The notes beneath the pieces were generated by a model. The model was not told the origin of the DNA. It did not search any database and saw only the letters and a list, made by a program, of their open reading frames with translations. Shown one piece after another: positions 12,748 through 26,977 of a stretch of DNA of 64,000 bases (positions are counted from its first letter, which is position 1; each line of letters opens with the position of its first letter). Both the position numbers and the translations under genes were made by a program. The DNA comes from Amoebidium appalachense. Lineage: Eukaryota; Protista; Ichthyosporea. Location of the stretch: the NCBI GenBank assembly GCA_963693365.1, contig CAVNZM010000010.1, positions 5,581,794 through 5,645,793 on the forward strand. Direction: 5' to 3'.

Positions 12748-13858
12748 AAAATTACGCCACCTAAATCCCCCCAAACCCTTTCGCGTGGCCTAAAGTTTAC
12801 TACCGAGCGCCCACCCCCTCTCCCACCTCCTACGAACAGAACCAACAGGGCACGTTAACTTACCCAAGGGTTAGCAGAACTCTCCAGCAGACAGCAGTGA
12901 TAGCAATCGATTTTTTTTTAAGAAAAAAAAAGGGGGGGAATTATGGCTGCAATGACCACAGAAGGGGTAGCTGAACAGCAGCAGCTTGTCCTGATCTAGG
13001 GAGCCACACTGCGCTGGCTTTACGAGCATGACTCGAACACGAACAGTTCATGCGGTTCGAAGGCTATAAAGTGCGCATATGTGAGGTTGTAGGCCATGTT
13101 TTTTCAAGTTTTTCGGTCTTTAGTGTGGAATTTTCGGACAGCTCTCACCCCTGCCACCGCACGCTTTCACTTGTGCTTCTGTGCACGCCATGGCTATGGC
13201 ATGCCAGTGGCACTAGTGCAGTGAGTCGTAAGTTCTTCGAATTTACATCTTTGACCAGCCTGGTTATTGTTTGTGTATTGTAGTGTCAACCGTGGGCTTC
13301 AATCAACACCACCATTATCAATGAAGCTCGAGTAATTGCGTCCCTGTCACCATAGGTAAGTGCTGCATACTGTAATCCCAGCTGCAGGCCACGAGCACCA
13401 GCTACTGTGCCATGCTGCCCACATGTGCGAGTTGGAGTCTTGTATTCGATATTGCATGTATAAACAAGGTGTACATATTGAGGCCTACAGTTGTTTCATG
13501 CATGCTATGTTTCTGTTTTCTGGTTAGCGTTTTCCAAATGCACGGCTTTCAGAAGGCACCCGGAACTAGCTGGTGCCGCATTAATTCTCTATAACCATGT
13601 GGCCATGGACTCTGCTCGGTGATGATTGTTTTTTGTCCTGGTAACGTTATAACGTTCATTCATCTGTTTTTGTTGGCTCCCTTGCTCTTCATAAGCCTTT
13701 TTTTCATCTTGCTCTCTCTTTGAAATGGAGCTCTCGAGCTACCCACTCGTCCAAGTAACTAATATCTGATGCCAAACAAAACATATCATTATTCACTCCC
13801 AATCCAGACTCAGTGTCGAGCTGAGGCTCACACCCAGGGCCGAGTGTGAAACACCAAG

Positions 13859-16468
13859 ATGCCTCGTAAAAAGCAAATCGTTCCGTTCTCCAACATCGTC
13901 AACACAACTTTGAAGGATTATGATCACCGCCGTGCCCTTTTTGAGGCGCTTGCAAACGCAGATGATGCGGGTGCAACACGTGTGCGGGTGGTGGTCACAG
14001 CTGATTGGCTGTTTGTGCATAACGACGCGTTGTTGACGCAAGATGATTGGGTGGCACTGCAGGTGGGTTTCTGATTAGGGAAGAATTCTAGATGTCAGTG
14101 GTGGCAAAATGGGGGATAAACGAATGTGTTTCCATGCAATCGTTCCAAGAGTTGGTGTGTTAAAGGCTGTGGATGGAGTGTGAGTCGGTTTCATCTGATT
14201 CGGTTTGACTCTGGTGCACTGCTGTAGTCAGTGATTCAAGGATTACTTTAAGTAGTAGTTTTTCCTACAGGGGGGGGGATTTGCAAAATCCGTCATTATT
14301 ATGACACACATTTATTTAGCATTATAGTGGTTGAACTAGGCGGCACATATTTTGGAATACCACAACGTCTTCAACCTCTCAACCCCTGTCTCTCTCTGAT
14401 TGCCCCACCCATTCACATACACACACAGCCACGCACACGTAGCGTGAGCCTCCACAAATCCACATACAAAACTACATTCATGCGCACACACACGCACTCA
14501 CTCATTTACTCACTCACTCACACGCACATACTGAAACACAGGAACGAGTTTACTCCAGCACCAAGCTATGGGGTCACGAGGAGAAGATTGGCCGCTTTGG
14601 CCGCGGCTTTTTAACCTTCTATGGGTTTGGTGACGTCATAGTTGTGCACTGCGGCAGCGAAACAGCCACCTTTGAGCCGGCAGAGACTCTGACTGACAGC
14701 CAGATTGCTGCCGTCGAGACCACTGCCCTTACCACATGGGCAAATCTGGATGCAGGGGTGATGTCCTGCCCCCCCCCCCCCCCCCCCCTTTCGAGATCCT
14801 CCTCCCCCTCCCCCCCCCCCCCCCCCCCCCGGCGTAATCCCTGGGAGTTGCGTCACTTATGAGAAAGTCAGGAAAGAAAATGGGACGGACAGAAAATACG
14901 TTGCTCGCTCTCTAAATGCAGCTGACTACCATAGGTGTGTGTGTCTAATAGCAATGCGGGAGATTTCTGAAAGTGCTTCTTGTGTGTTGTGTGTGTCGGG
15001 AGATTGCGGGGGAGAGGGGGGGTGGAGGGGGGGTTGCATTATCAAACGTAAAATGTGCAGGGGTCTTGAACCAGGAAAAAAAAAACTTTAAAGAGGAAGT
15101 GTTTTAGTGCACAAATGTGCTACACCTTAATTAGGTCTACCAGCCCTAGGCCAGGCAAAGATTTCTGATTGGATCAAAATCACCCACAGAGCCACGCAGG
15201 CCATCCAGACAGCAAGCCTGCCCAGGGCACTCTCTTTGCCATCCAGCTCCCAAAAAGCGCCCAATCACGTGCCATTGTTACAACTTATGATGCACACCGA
15301 TTGGCTGAATGCCTTTTAACCGAACATGGACCGTACCTCATTCTCCACACCTTGCACCTATCGAGTGTGAGCGTGAGCGTCGCTGGTCCAAACCACGTCT
15401 TTTCGGGTAACGTTACCAAGGAATATTCCAGCAACGGACACGTGAAAACGCGCCTGAAAACACTGTGTGCAGGTGGCGAGGAAAAGGAAGATTTGTATCG
15501 TTGGGCGTTGCAAAAGTTCGACAGTTGTGGGGTGGAGGGAGTGGAGGGAGAAAAAGGAGATGGGGAGGAGGAGGAGGCACAGGTCGAGGTGCCTAAAAAG
15601 AGAAAGAGCAAAGGGAAGATGAACGGAGACACGACCAATAAGAAACGGAAAACGGTAGGTTATCCCCCATAACCTTCCTCCCCCCCCCCCTCCCCCCCTG
15701 CATTCACCACTTACCCTCCCCTTCTCCCGCCCTATGCCTCCATCTTTTCCCCAGTTTTCCTGGCATGAATAGCCCAGCTCTGTGAACTGTGCCTGCGTGC
15801 TTGCTGCCTTATAAAACACGTGCAGGTTTCATTATTCATGATGTAGGTGATAGCCTTGGGTGGTTGGGGTGCGAGATGGTAGGACGGAAGACGGGAGGGG
15901 TTGATAGGAGAATGTAAATTTTCGTCGTTCCATTTTAGATGGTCTGCCCTCCCCGCTCCTTTTTCTCAACATCTTCCCCTCCCCCCCTTCCCCCCCCCCC
16001 CCCCCCCCCCCCCCTTGGGTCCCGTCTTCCACCCTTTTTGATTATTTTGTGGCCCTCCTACGACTATCGTTCTACCCTTTTTCACAAACCCGCAGTCTGT
16101 ATTTTACTACCTCTGCCCCTCATAACAAACAAATTATATCCCCTTACCCCCTCCTCACTCCTCTCTCTCTCTCTCTTTCTTCCCCTCGCCTTTTCCCCCT
16201 CCCCCCCTCCACCCCCTCCCCCCGTGCCTCATCGACCATTCGTCTCAGCACGCACTCACCCCCTCCGCCCTCCCCCCCCCCCCTCTCCCCCCCTTTCCTC
16301 ACCTCTCTCCCCCCCCCCCCCCCCCCTCTCCCCCTTCCTCCCCCCTGCAGCCTAGCACAACTGCTGCCGTGTGTCTTTCCCACGAGACACGTGGGCAGAC
16401 ATTTTTTTTTCCCACACAGCAACGGCCACTACTACTGTGGACTGAGCATAGGGCAGCATACAGGTACA

Positions 16469-16503
<35 letters not shown>

Positions 16504-16504
16504 G

Positions 16505-16596
<92 letters not shown>

Positions 16597-17961
16597 GTGT
16601 GTATTTGTGTGTACATGCACAACGCCGCGCTTTTGCCCGCTTGTGTAGAATTGTGTGTGGGTGTGGGTGTGTGTGTTTGGGGGGGGGGGAGGGGGGGGGA
16701 GGGAGAAGGGGTGTTTGGGGGGGGGGGGGGGGGGGGAGGAAGAAGGGGGCGGGTTGCTGTTGTTGTGTTCTGTGTTTGTGTCTTGAATGTGAATGTGTGT
16801 TTATCTTGTGTATTTGTGTGTTTAAAATGTATCTCATCAATCTGACTACTGACCCGACCCAATAGGCTATCTTCACTAATTATTTGGCCCCCCTACGCCC
16901 TCCCCCTCCTTTGCCCCTCCCCTTCCTTCCCCTCTTCCCCCCCATACTCCCCCCTCCCCCCCTTTTTCGCGCCCCTCCCCCACCCCCCCCCCCCCCCGGT
17001 CCCCACCTCCTCTCCCCTCCCCCCCCTCCAAAAAAAAAAAAAAAAAAAAAAACACAGGCACCCCCCTGCACGTGCACAAGTGTGATCTGCAGCTAGACTC
17101 TGGGCGCTGTGCCATCAAGGGGGGTCTGCCTGGGCCCAAGCAGTCTGCCGCAATGCTGGCATGGTTGCACACCACGGCACTTGGTATTGAACCCCCCCCC
17201 CCCCCGCCCCCCCCCCCCCCCCCCCCTTCACACACACACATGCACAAACTCTGCGTGCGTGCACACACGCGCGCGCACACGCACACACACAAACACACAG
17301 ACACAGACACACACAAGGAGAACTGCACCCCCTCCTTTCATAGACACCCCAGTTTAGAAATACACACACGGCTAGGATGAAGGTGCTGGTGGGATGAGTA
17401 ATTTGAAAGGGGATACTCTTGTTGTTGCCAGTGTATGATGGCAAATTTGTAATTTGGAGGCATGGTGGGGGAATGAGGAGTGGGGCTGGGAGTTGGTGGG
17501 GTTGGTTGTTTGGTGGAAAAGGGGGGGGGGGGGGGGTCGAAGGGGGGTCGATCGTAGCAGACTTTTGAAATTTGTACTCTCTCCCCCAGATTTCCTGCAA
17601 CACGTCTGTACTCTTGACGCATGCAAGGCATGGAACAAAATTTCAATATCCTGCGAAGATTTGCAGCCATACAACCCCAGAACAGGGGGGTTTATAAGCC
17701 GGCAACTTGTCAGGGCTGAAATTTCAGGGGATGATGTGGACGATTATACCCTTTTGGAGTACACATATGTGTTTGTGGAGGGGGCTGCAACGTTGTTGAA
17801 TTTTCAGAGGGATATCCCCCCTGCGCTGATGGGCTTGGGGGGATACGGAGTGGATTTGGCGGACAACTATGAGCTCATCCTGGGACTGTGGGAGAAGGTG
17901 TGTGTGTGTTTTTTTTACACCGTGTGTGCGTGCGTGCATGCGTGCGTGCGTGCGTGCGTGC

Positions 17962-18034
<73 letters not shown>

Positions 18035-18180
18035 CGTGTGTGTGTGTGCTAGCGAGGACTGGGGAATGGGGGCATCAGGAGAGGGGGGATCTGGTCGCGT
18101 ATCTCTACTTTATTCATATACACATATACATGCACGCGCACACGCACACCCACACGCACACCCACCCACACACGCACACG

Positions 18181-18269
<89 letters not shown>

Positions 18270-19117
18270 ACACACACAAGCACGCGCGAGAACTGTGCTC
18301 CTTTGTCGTCATTCAACCTGTTTCTCTTTTTTTGACCCCTTCATGAACTCATGCGAAGTATGCTGGCCACTAACACCCACTTAACCCCCCCCCCCCCCCC
18401 CCCCCCCCGCCCCTCCCCCCTTCCCTTACACTGATTTTCTCTATATTAATCCCACACAGAAAAATTTATTCCCACACAAACACACAGCAATTAGTAACAT
18501 GCACACAGAACGTGTCGTGGCGCGCTCACGCGTGCAGAGGCACACACACACTCACTCACAAATCTCCCCCCCCCCCCCCCTCCTCCTCCTCCTCTCGCCC
18601 CCCCCCAAACACACACACAGGCTGTATCCGGGCTGAGGGCCGAGGAGATAGGTCCCAACAGTGAGGAGCTACCACTTTTAAATTGTGAAACCCACGGGGG
18701 GGTTTGTTCCTACAACCATGCAGCACCCCCTGATGTGTCCCCTTTAACTCAGAGGGGGGTTTTTGCTCCTGTCGGCTCCACATGCCTGGTAAGTTCTGGT
18801 TTCACGGCCAGGAGCTGAAATATCACTGATAAACCCTGCACAAACCCTCCACAGAGGTTTTCTTCCAAGTACAATGATTGGTTGCGGAAGTCGATTTTTT
18901 CCCCTCAATTTCCCACTGCTTGAAATTCTAAAACTTTACCCCCCCGCCCTCCCCTCCCCCCCCCCCCCTCCCCCCGCCCCCTGTGCGCCTCCCCCTTTTC
19001 AAACACACATACACGAAAGGATAGGTCCTGCTGAACCATTTTGCGTTCCTTTCTTTATATTTGCATATTCTTGCCGCCGTATACCTTTGTACCCAGTTAA
19101 GTGGTTAAATCACCGTG

Positions 19118-19148
<31 letters not shown>

Positions 19149-19567
19149 TTCCCCACCCCGGGCCTCTTCTCCCTCTTCCCCCCTGTCCCCTCCTCCCCGT
19201 TCTCCTTACCACCCCCGCCCCCCTCCCCCCCCCCCCCCCCCCCCGCAGGTCTCCATGCATCCAACAAGAGAACCCATCAACCGATTTCTCCAATCTGTTG
19301 GTCACCGTATGACGGAGAAAAAGGGCCATGCTATTACCGACCTAGACACTCTGAGGGGGGGTCTTAGCGCACTTTCCAAAGACCAGAGGGGGATCCTTGT
19401 GGCGAATTTTCCCTCGTCACCGTTGGTGAAACTGGCGGACGAGAGTGGATGGACGAATTTTGGGGTGTGGTCCAGGTACGCTCTCCACTTTTTCTCCACA
19501 TCCCACCCCACCACCACACACACACGCACACGCGCGCGCACACACACACGCACACACACGCACACAC

Positions 19568-19652
<85 letters not shown>

Positions 19653-20672
19653 GCACACAAACACACACACACACAAGCCGTCACAGGCACCGTCCCCCCC
19701 CCCCCCCCCACCACCTCCCCTTCCCCCCCCCCCCCCCCCCCCAATCTACCTTTTTCCCCTTTCGAGCCATTTCACCTCGAAGTTCTACATCACAACTTGA
19801 AATAAATGAGGCACAGGCAATCGTGACCACTTTCATACTACTTTCTGCTTTAGCCCCGTTTTCCTCGGTGGTATCACACACACATTTGTGATTTGTGAGT
19901 ATGCCATTGGGCACTTTACTGCTGCTCTGTATGCTAGAGTAGCACTATGTAGACTTAACCAATCAACCATCAGATCTCAACTGTGTTAATCGACCAATGT
20001 TGAAAACGCTAAAACAGCACTGTTAACAAACAAAGCACGAAATTGGTTAATTGTTATTAAAAAAGAAAAAATTAACATTCGTGTCTGATTGGCTGGCTAC
20101 ACTCACAGGTTACGTCTGCATCAAGAGGTTGTTCCGGGCCCACTCCGGAACCTTCTATCAAGGTGGACCGCTGCGTCTGATTGGCTGAGAGACGGGGACT
20201 GTGCGCAGGAGTGGGACGAGCATGCCGATGCGGATACAGAGCTGCATGATCTTGAGCCAATCGATGCAAAGACAGTCCGCGTGTACCTCAAGGGCCCTGT
20301 CCGCTCCCAATCATGGAAGGTTTGTGACCCGCCAAACCAACCTTGAACCTTTTTTGAGACACAATACCCCTGGGGCCCTTCATTCTCCCCCCCCCCCCCC
20401 CCCCCCAAAAAAAAAAAAAAAAAAAACCCCCACCCAAAAAACCACCCCCACCCCCACCACCCGGGCCACCCCCACCAGCTCTATCCCCCCTTGCTGCCTC
20501 TCAACCCTTCTTACAACCTTATCTTTATCGCATCCACCTGCTTGCTTTTCAACGCTTCCCTCTACGTCGCTACATGCCTGTACCCCTGCAGACCCCCCCC
20601 CCCCCCCCCTCCCCCCCCCCCCCAGCCCCTTCGGTTTCCCCCATAGTACATTTATTCCTTAATCTGCCTCCC

Positions 20673-20703
<31 letters not shown>

Positions 20704-22167
20704 ACACACGAACACACATCTCTCCTCCTGACACTTGCCCACCCACCCAATAGGTTTTCGAATCTATTGGCCACCCGAAATCGCTCATCAGCCTATCGGA
20801 GGCCACGGAAATTGGTGCATTTTTGTGGGACCATGCCGCCGATTCAATTATGGGGCCAGTGTTTGGCAATCCCCCGTGCGAAATTTCGACAATGCCACCA
20901 GCAATTAAGCTACATCCCACCCACGCACACCTGCTTCCGGAGGGATACAAGCGCATTACTGTCGACGTGCTTGCCGGATATGTTTTGCAGGCGTTGTTGA
21001 ATTTGCAAGAGCCCCCCTACGAGAAAATCCGGTATTTGGCATGGAGAATGGAGCTCGAATCGTGTTGGAAAACCCCCCTGCCAGCTGATTTCCCGGTGCA
21101 CAGGGTTTTGTTTTCCGACGAAAATTACGTCACAGTAAATGAAAATACAAACAATCGCATGAGCAAGAGAGGTCTTCCATTTTTGGAAAGTCTAATCGGA
21201 AATTGGGAGGACTTGAAGGGCCGGATATCACACACGGGCGTGGTTGTTGATTCGACCATGACGGACCAATCAGATGGATGGGTTACCATAGCGACGGCTA
21301 TTAACCAATGGCTGGTAGAATCCCCGGCATCCGAATTTACCGATTGGAGATCGCATGCCGAGGTCCTAATCGGTGGATCAGTTCGCAGTCCGATCGTGTT
21401 TGGGCTTTCCGGCCGGTTGGTGGCTCGGCACCAAGCAATCGTCTACTCCGAGGTCAGCCCCCCCCCCCCCCCCCCCCCCCTCCCCCTCCCTCCCCCCCAC
21501 TCCCCTCCCCCCTCTCCCCCCTGCCCCCTCCCCCCGGCTTTCTCCCCTCCCCCCTCCCCGCTCTTCCCCCCTCCCCCTGCCCCCCTCTCACCCTCCCTCC
21601 CCCCTCCGGCTCTCCTGCCGATTGGCTCCCTTCTCGTTAACGGTTGAGGTATAGATTATCGGCCTGTGGCAAAGAAGGTACGCTGGGGAGAGGGGAGGAT
21701 GGGGATCAGGGGGAGGGGGGGAGGGGGGGGGGGGGAGGGTGAGAGAGACAAATAGGGGAAGGGGAGGCAGTGGGAGGGGAGGGGGGCGAGGGGGCAGAGG
21801 GGGAAGAGAAAGGAGGGGAGCAGGGAGTGAGGAGGAGAGTAAAGAAGTTTGTTGGCGGGAGGAACAAACTGTTTGTTTGTATTAAGGTGGTATAGGTGGA
21901 GAGGAGAAGTGGGGGGAGGGAGGGGGGGGGGGGGGGGGGGGAGTGTGGTGGTGGCGGGGGTGGTGGTGGTAGTGGGTGGGGGGAGGGGGGGAGGGGAGAT
22001 TAGGTCGAAGAGGAGGGGGGAGGGGAGGGGGGAGGACGGGGGGGGGGGGGGGGGGGGGGAAGAAGGGGGGGGGGGGGGGGGGGGGGGACGAAAAGAAGTT
22101 GGTCAGGGCGGATGAGGGGTTTGCAAGATCGGGGATTTTTTTTTTTTTTTTTTTTTTGCCTTTTTGT

Positions 22168-22202
<35 letters not shown>

Positions 22203-23868
22203 AAGGGGGGAGGGATACAGACTGATAAGCTTGTTTGGCTTACAGGCAGCATGGGATTGTCTTTCAAAGGAGGGTAAATCGAGCAGAGTCAGTGCATATC
22301 TGGTGGCCCCTTCCCCCCAATTTGTCGATTTGATTGGCTTTCCCGGTGCCGATCCCCTACATGATTGGACGATGGAGCACTATGAATTGTATGCGCAGTA
22401 CGATTACGGTGGGGCCATGCAACGGTATGATCGGGAGGTGGATCGGGTGTTCTGTGATTGGCTAAGTATCATGCGCAGACCAGATGAGATCCAGGTATAT
22501 TAAGTCCTGTGTCGTCTACATAACATTTTACCCCCCCCCCCCCCCCCCCCCCCACACCCAGTGGCACCCCCCCTTCCCCCCCCCCCCTCCCCAACCAACC
22601 CCCCCCCTCCCCCCCCCCCTCCCCCCCCTTCCATTCCTTTCTGAATAGGTGTTGTGTGGTGAGTAAGCAGAGAAAGCAACACATGAAGACAATAAGAGAG
22701 CTCGGGGCATGCATTGTGTGGGTGAGGGAGGTAGCCTAGGAGAAGGGGGATGGCCGGAGAGAGAGGGGGGAGGGGGGGGGGGGGGGAGGGAGGGGGAGGG
22801 GGGAGGGGGTGGAGGAAGGAAGGGGGGCAGGTAAACACTTTAGAGGCGGAAGAGCTAGTGTTTGGCGGTCATTAATCCCTAAATCCCCCCTCCCAGCATC
22901 CACTCCTTCCCCTCCACAACCACCCACTTCTTCCCTCTAAGACATCGGATAGTCTTTGCTCTTCTCCCTCGTAATGTTTCAAAGAACATTGTTAGTGCCT
23001 CGGAGATAAAGAGACAGGCAAAAAAAACTGTTCTGGTGTGTGTTGGAAAGATCATAAACCAAACTTATGTACACCTTATCCCGTGTCCATTTGGGTTTAC
23101 CCCCTTACCCCCCCCCCCCCCCCCCCCCCTCCTCCTCCTCGTCCTCCCCGCTCCCCCCTCCCCTTATCCCCTCAACCCCCCCCTCGTCTCTCTTCCAAGC
23201 TTCCCCCCCCCCCTCCCCCTCCCCCCCCCCCCCACCCCCATTCCATCTTCATCATTCCTGTCCTGTCCTGAACGTGCATTGTTGTACAGTTTTAGCACAT
23301 TCTAACCCTCTTCTCCCCCCCCCCCCCCCCCCCCCCCGCGGCTATTCTTGCAGGTTGTTCTTCCCGAACAGCCCCCCGAAAATGTACTCGAGGCCCTCCA
23401 CATTCTATTTCCGGACACTGTGGCCACCGTGGCCACCCACTGCCACACCCTCCTGAAATTGTTCCATGTAACCCCCCGCCTGCAACATCTCGCCCAGGGC
23501 ATCAACGAAATAGACCCCATGTGGGTGTCTTTTCGGTGGGCGGAAATTTCCACGGCCGCAAATTGGCTCTGCGGCCTGAAAGAATACCGGAAAATGCTCG
23601 GGGAACACCATTCCCGGGGGGAATATTTTCGAGTTGTACCCCTCGGAAATCGTCTTTACGCACTTGGTGAAATTTTCGCACGGCCATCCCTTGTATATCT
23701 CGGAATAGTTGCTCGGGCAGCTGGGCAGGCTGTTATCCCAGATGGGTTGGAGGTGTGGGAGGAGGATTTTTTCGGTGTCAGGGGCAGCAGCAAAAGATAT
23801 ACAAAGCAGGATTTTCAGAAGGCACTTCATCAGCTTTACGGGTATATATTCATTTCCCCCTCCCCCCC

Positions 23869-23899
<31 letters not shown>

Positions 23900-25075
23900 A
23901 CCTAACCCCTACTCCCCACCCCTCTCCAACTTTCCCGCTTCCCCTTCCCCCCCTCCCCCCCTTTCCTTTTTTCCACCCTGGTGTATCACGTTTACCTCTC
24001 ACATACGTAGCTTTTAACTGTTGGGTACGATGGGAAGTGTGGTAAAATCTGATTCAATGCACGTCACATGTGTCGTATATTGAAAATGGCAATCGGATGA
24101 AGATTTTCACCCTTCCGAGATTGCTGTTCCTGGATGGCCGTTTTTTGGTGTTACAGTGGCACATGAAAGGGAAAAACATGAAAGGGGGTTAAGATAGCCT
24201 ATGATGATGTTGTGGATGAGAGGGAGCAAGTTCTAGAGCAACGGATATTTTCTTTCGTGTGCGTGTGTGTAAGAGGGGGGGGGGGGAGACGGGGAGGGGG
24301 GAGGGGAGCAGTCAATCATTTCGTACGGGGATCTATTTTCTGAGTACTTCAACTGCAACCCAATCCGTTTTCGGATGCCCACTTACTCCCCTTCTACCCC
24401 CTCCCCTCCCCCTCCCCTCCTCCCCCTCCCCTTTTCTCCCCCCCCCCCCTCCCCCCCCCCCCCCCCCCCCACAATCCCATCCCCTCTTCTTCCCCTCCCC
24501 CCCCTCCCGCCCCCCACTTTATCTTGCTTCCAATCTCCCATCCCCCACCCCCCCTCGCGCCCCCACCCCACCCCATCCCACCCCCTCTCTCACCCCCATT
24601 TCCATCCCAATAGGCACGGGACAGCGCCCCCAGTAGAGGTCCGTCGAGCTGTATGGTCTGCATTGATTGGCTTAGAATCATACGACGACTTGGCCATTTC
24701 CGCCACCTATGAGATAGTGGAGACACGTGACGGTGACTTTGCCTGCGCCCCATTGGTCGAGCAGGGTGCCTATGCCCAGTTGCTAGACGGCACCGGGTGC
24801 AAAATTTCTACCACCGCTCGCTTTCCCGTAGGCTTACGTAAGGCGCTTGGGCTCCCACCCGACTCCCCGGACGTCAGACGATTGGCTGTTGCGGTGCAGG
24901 CGATCGCCATGGATACGGCGGCTAAAAATAGACCTGGGAGGTTAAAGGAGGCCATGCAGCTTATTTCGGGCCAGTGGGAAAGGTTCAGCCCGGACCGGAA
25001 CTATCTAAGATTTGTGCTGGAGAAGATTGGGAACGTGCCGTGTGTTGTTGTTAAAGGAGTGGTATGGGTCCCATC

Positions 25076-25115
<40 letters not shown>

Positions 25116-25258
25116 ACTTCCCCCTCGTGCACCCCACACTCCCCCCCCCCCCCCCCCCCCCCCCCCCTCCCCCCCCCCCCCCCTCCCCCCCCCCCCCCCC
25201 CAACTCAGATTGCCACTTTTCCCAAAATACACCATGTCGAAAAGGATCTTATGCGCTC

Positions 25259-25305
<47 letters not shown>

Positions 25306-26944
25306 ATACAAAAACGCACGCAGAAACACACATACCTCCCTTCCTCTTCTCCTAACCTATATTGCTGATGCGACAAAAACGACCAACATCAAGTTTTTTA
25401 ATTTGGTAGTAACTAATGCCATTTTGTGCTTTTACGAGGCTTTTTGCAGTGTGCTAACTTCATTCATACAAGTTTCCACTTGTGGCGTGGCTATATGAGC
25501 ACCACACACCACACGGCCTCACTTAACTCACTTCGTTCCTCCCCCTCTGTCCCCTTTCTTCTTCGCACTCCGAACACTCCCCCCCCCCCCCCCCCCCACA
25601 CTTCCCACCCGCCCCCTCAACCCCCTCCCCCACCCCCCACCCTTCCCCTCTCTGCTCCTCCCTCCCACCCCACCCCACCCTTCCCCCTCTCCCTTCCCTC
25701 CCCCCCCCCCCCCCCCCCCAATCCCCCCACCAACCCATCTCCTTCTCCCACCCCCCCCCCCCCCCCCCCTCGCCACCCCGCCTCTCCCCCCTCTGCACAC
25801 ACACATACAGCCCACCCTACCCCCCAAGGTCCTCTTCAGTACCGAACCTAAGTGTCGTGCCTACCAACCCCCCTGCCGTCTCTCACCGCCCTTTCTTCTT
25901 GCTTTGGGCGCTCGTGAATTGGATACCGTCCTCGCCGCATTTCCGGCAGCTCCGCCCATTGCGAAACCCCCCGCCCCCTATCCGGTGCCTGTTGTTACCC
26001 ACCAGATGCAGGAAATACCAAACGACATGCAGCAGTGGCTGATCGATGGTGCCCCCTCAGTTAAGGTGTGTGTGGCCTCCATAGTTTGCCTTTTCCTCAT
26101 AATGCTTTACGTGACATTTTACGACATTCAGCTCTCTTTTTTTGCTTGTTTGGAGGGGGGGGGGGGGGGGGAAGAGGAGGAGTCCCTAAGCTGCCTTCGT
26201 ATTTGCGGATTGTGGAGTGGACGCTGTGATGTGACTGATAGATATCACATCATACTGTGGCGCCTGAACGATGTTTTTGAAAGGGGAGAGCAGGGTTTCA
26301 TGAGTGCCTGTGTGTGTTGGTGGCCGGATACGAGGGGTGTGTGCTTGTGCTTTTGTGGGTGTGTGTGCGTGTGTGTGTGTGTGTGATGTGGTGGTGGTGG
26401 TGGTGGTGGTGGTGGGGAAGGGAGGGGGGGGAGGGGGTGGGGATTTCCAGAGTTTGGGGGCTTTTTTTTTTGGGCAAATTCGTGCACGTTCCATTCTTGT
26501 GTGTGGTTTGTTTATTTCAACATTAAACTGAAAAGATAAAAGGGGGACTATATTGGAAATCGATTTGTTTTTTGGGTTTACTGATAATTTTTTTCGATGA
26601 TGCATATCGATAAGACATACATTAATCAGTATAGAAAATTGTGGATATTGGGGGGGAATTCAACGTGCTACCGAACCATGTAACCTTAAAGTCTGCACAA
26701 CACAGGTGCACCTTAACATGGGAGCCAGTGAGGCCTTCTGCCTGCTACATCGTGAACGTCTACTTATGGAAACCACGTCATCTGACGGTCTGATTGCACG
26801 TGCTCTCTTTAAGGATGCCCTGACTGCCACCTTAACCCTTCCACGGATCGACTCACGTGCCGTTGAGATACTACAGGTGGGCGTTAAAAATTGCTGTGTG
26901 TGATTGGTCGTCTCTGAGAGCAGCATCCCCCCCCCCCCCCCCCC

Positions 26945-26977
<33 letters not shown>

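Noticed and set aside
16402-16410. Apparent frameshift in sacsin-like exon 4 (T9 run), read as a pseudogene lesion or programmed slippage
   Set aside because: Removing one T restores both the G.YYCGL..TG.PLHVH motif and the phase, and the other 15 exons are intact. A homopolymer sequencing error is the simplest explanation; short reads would confirm.
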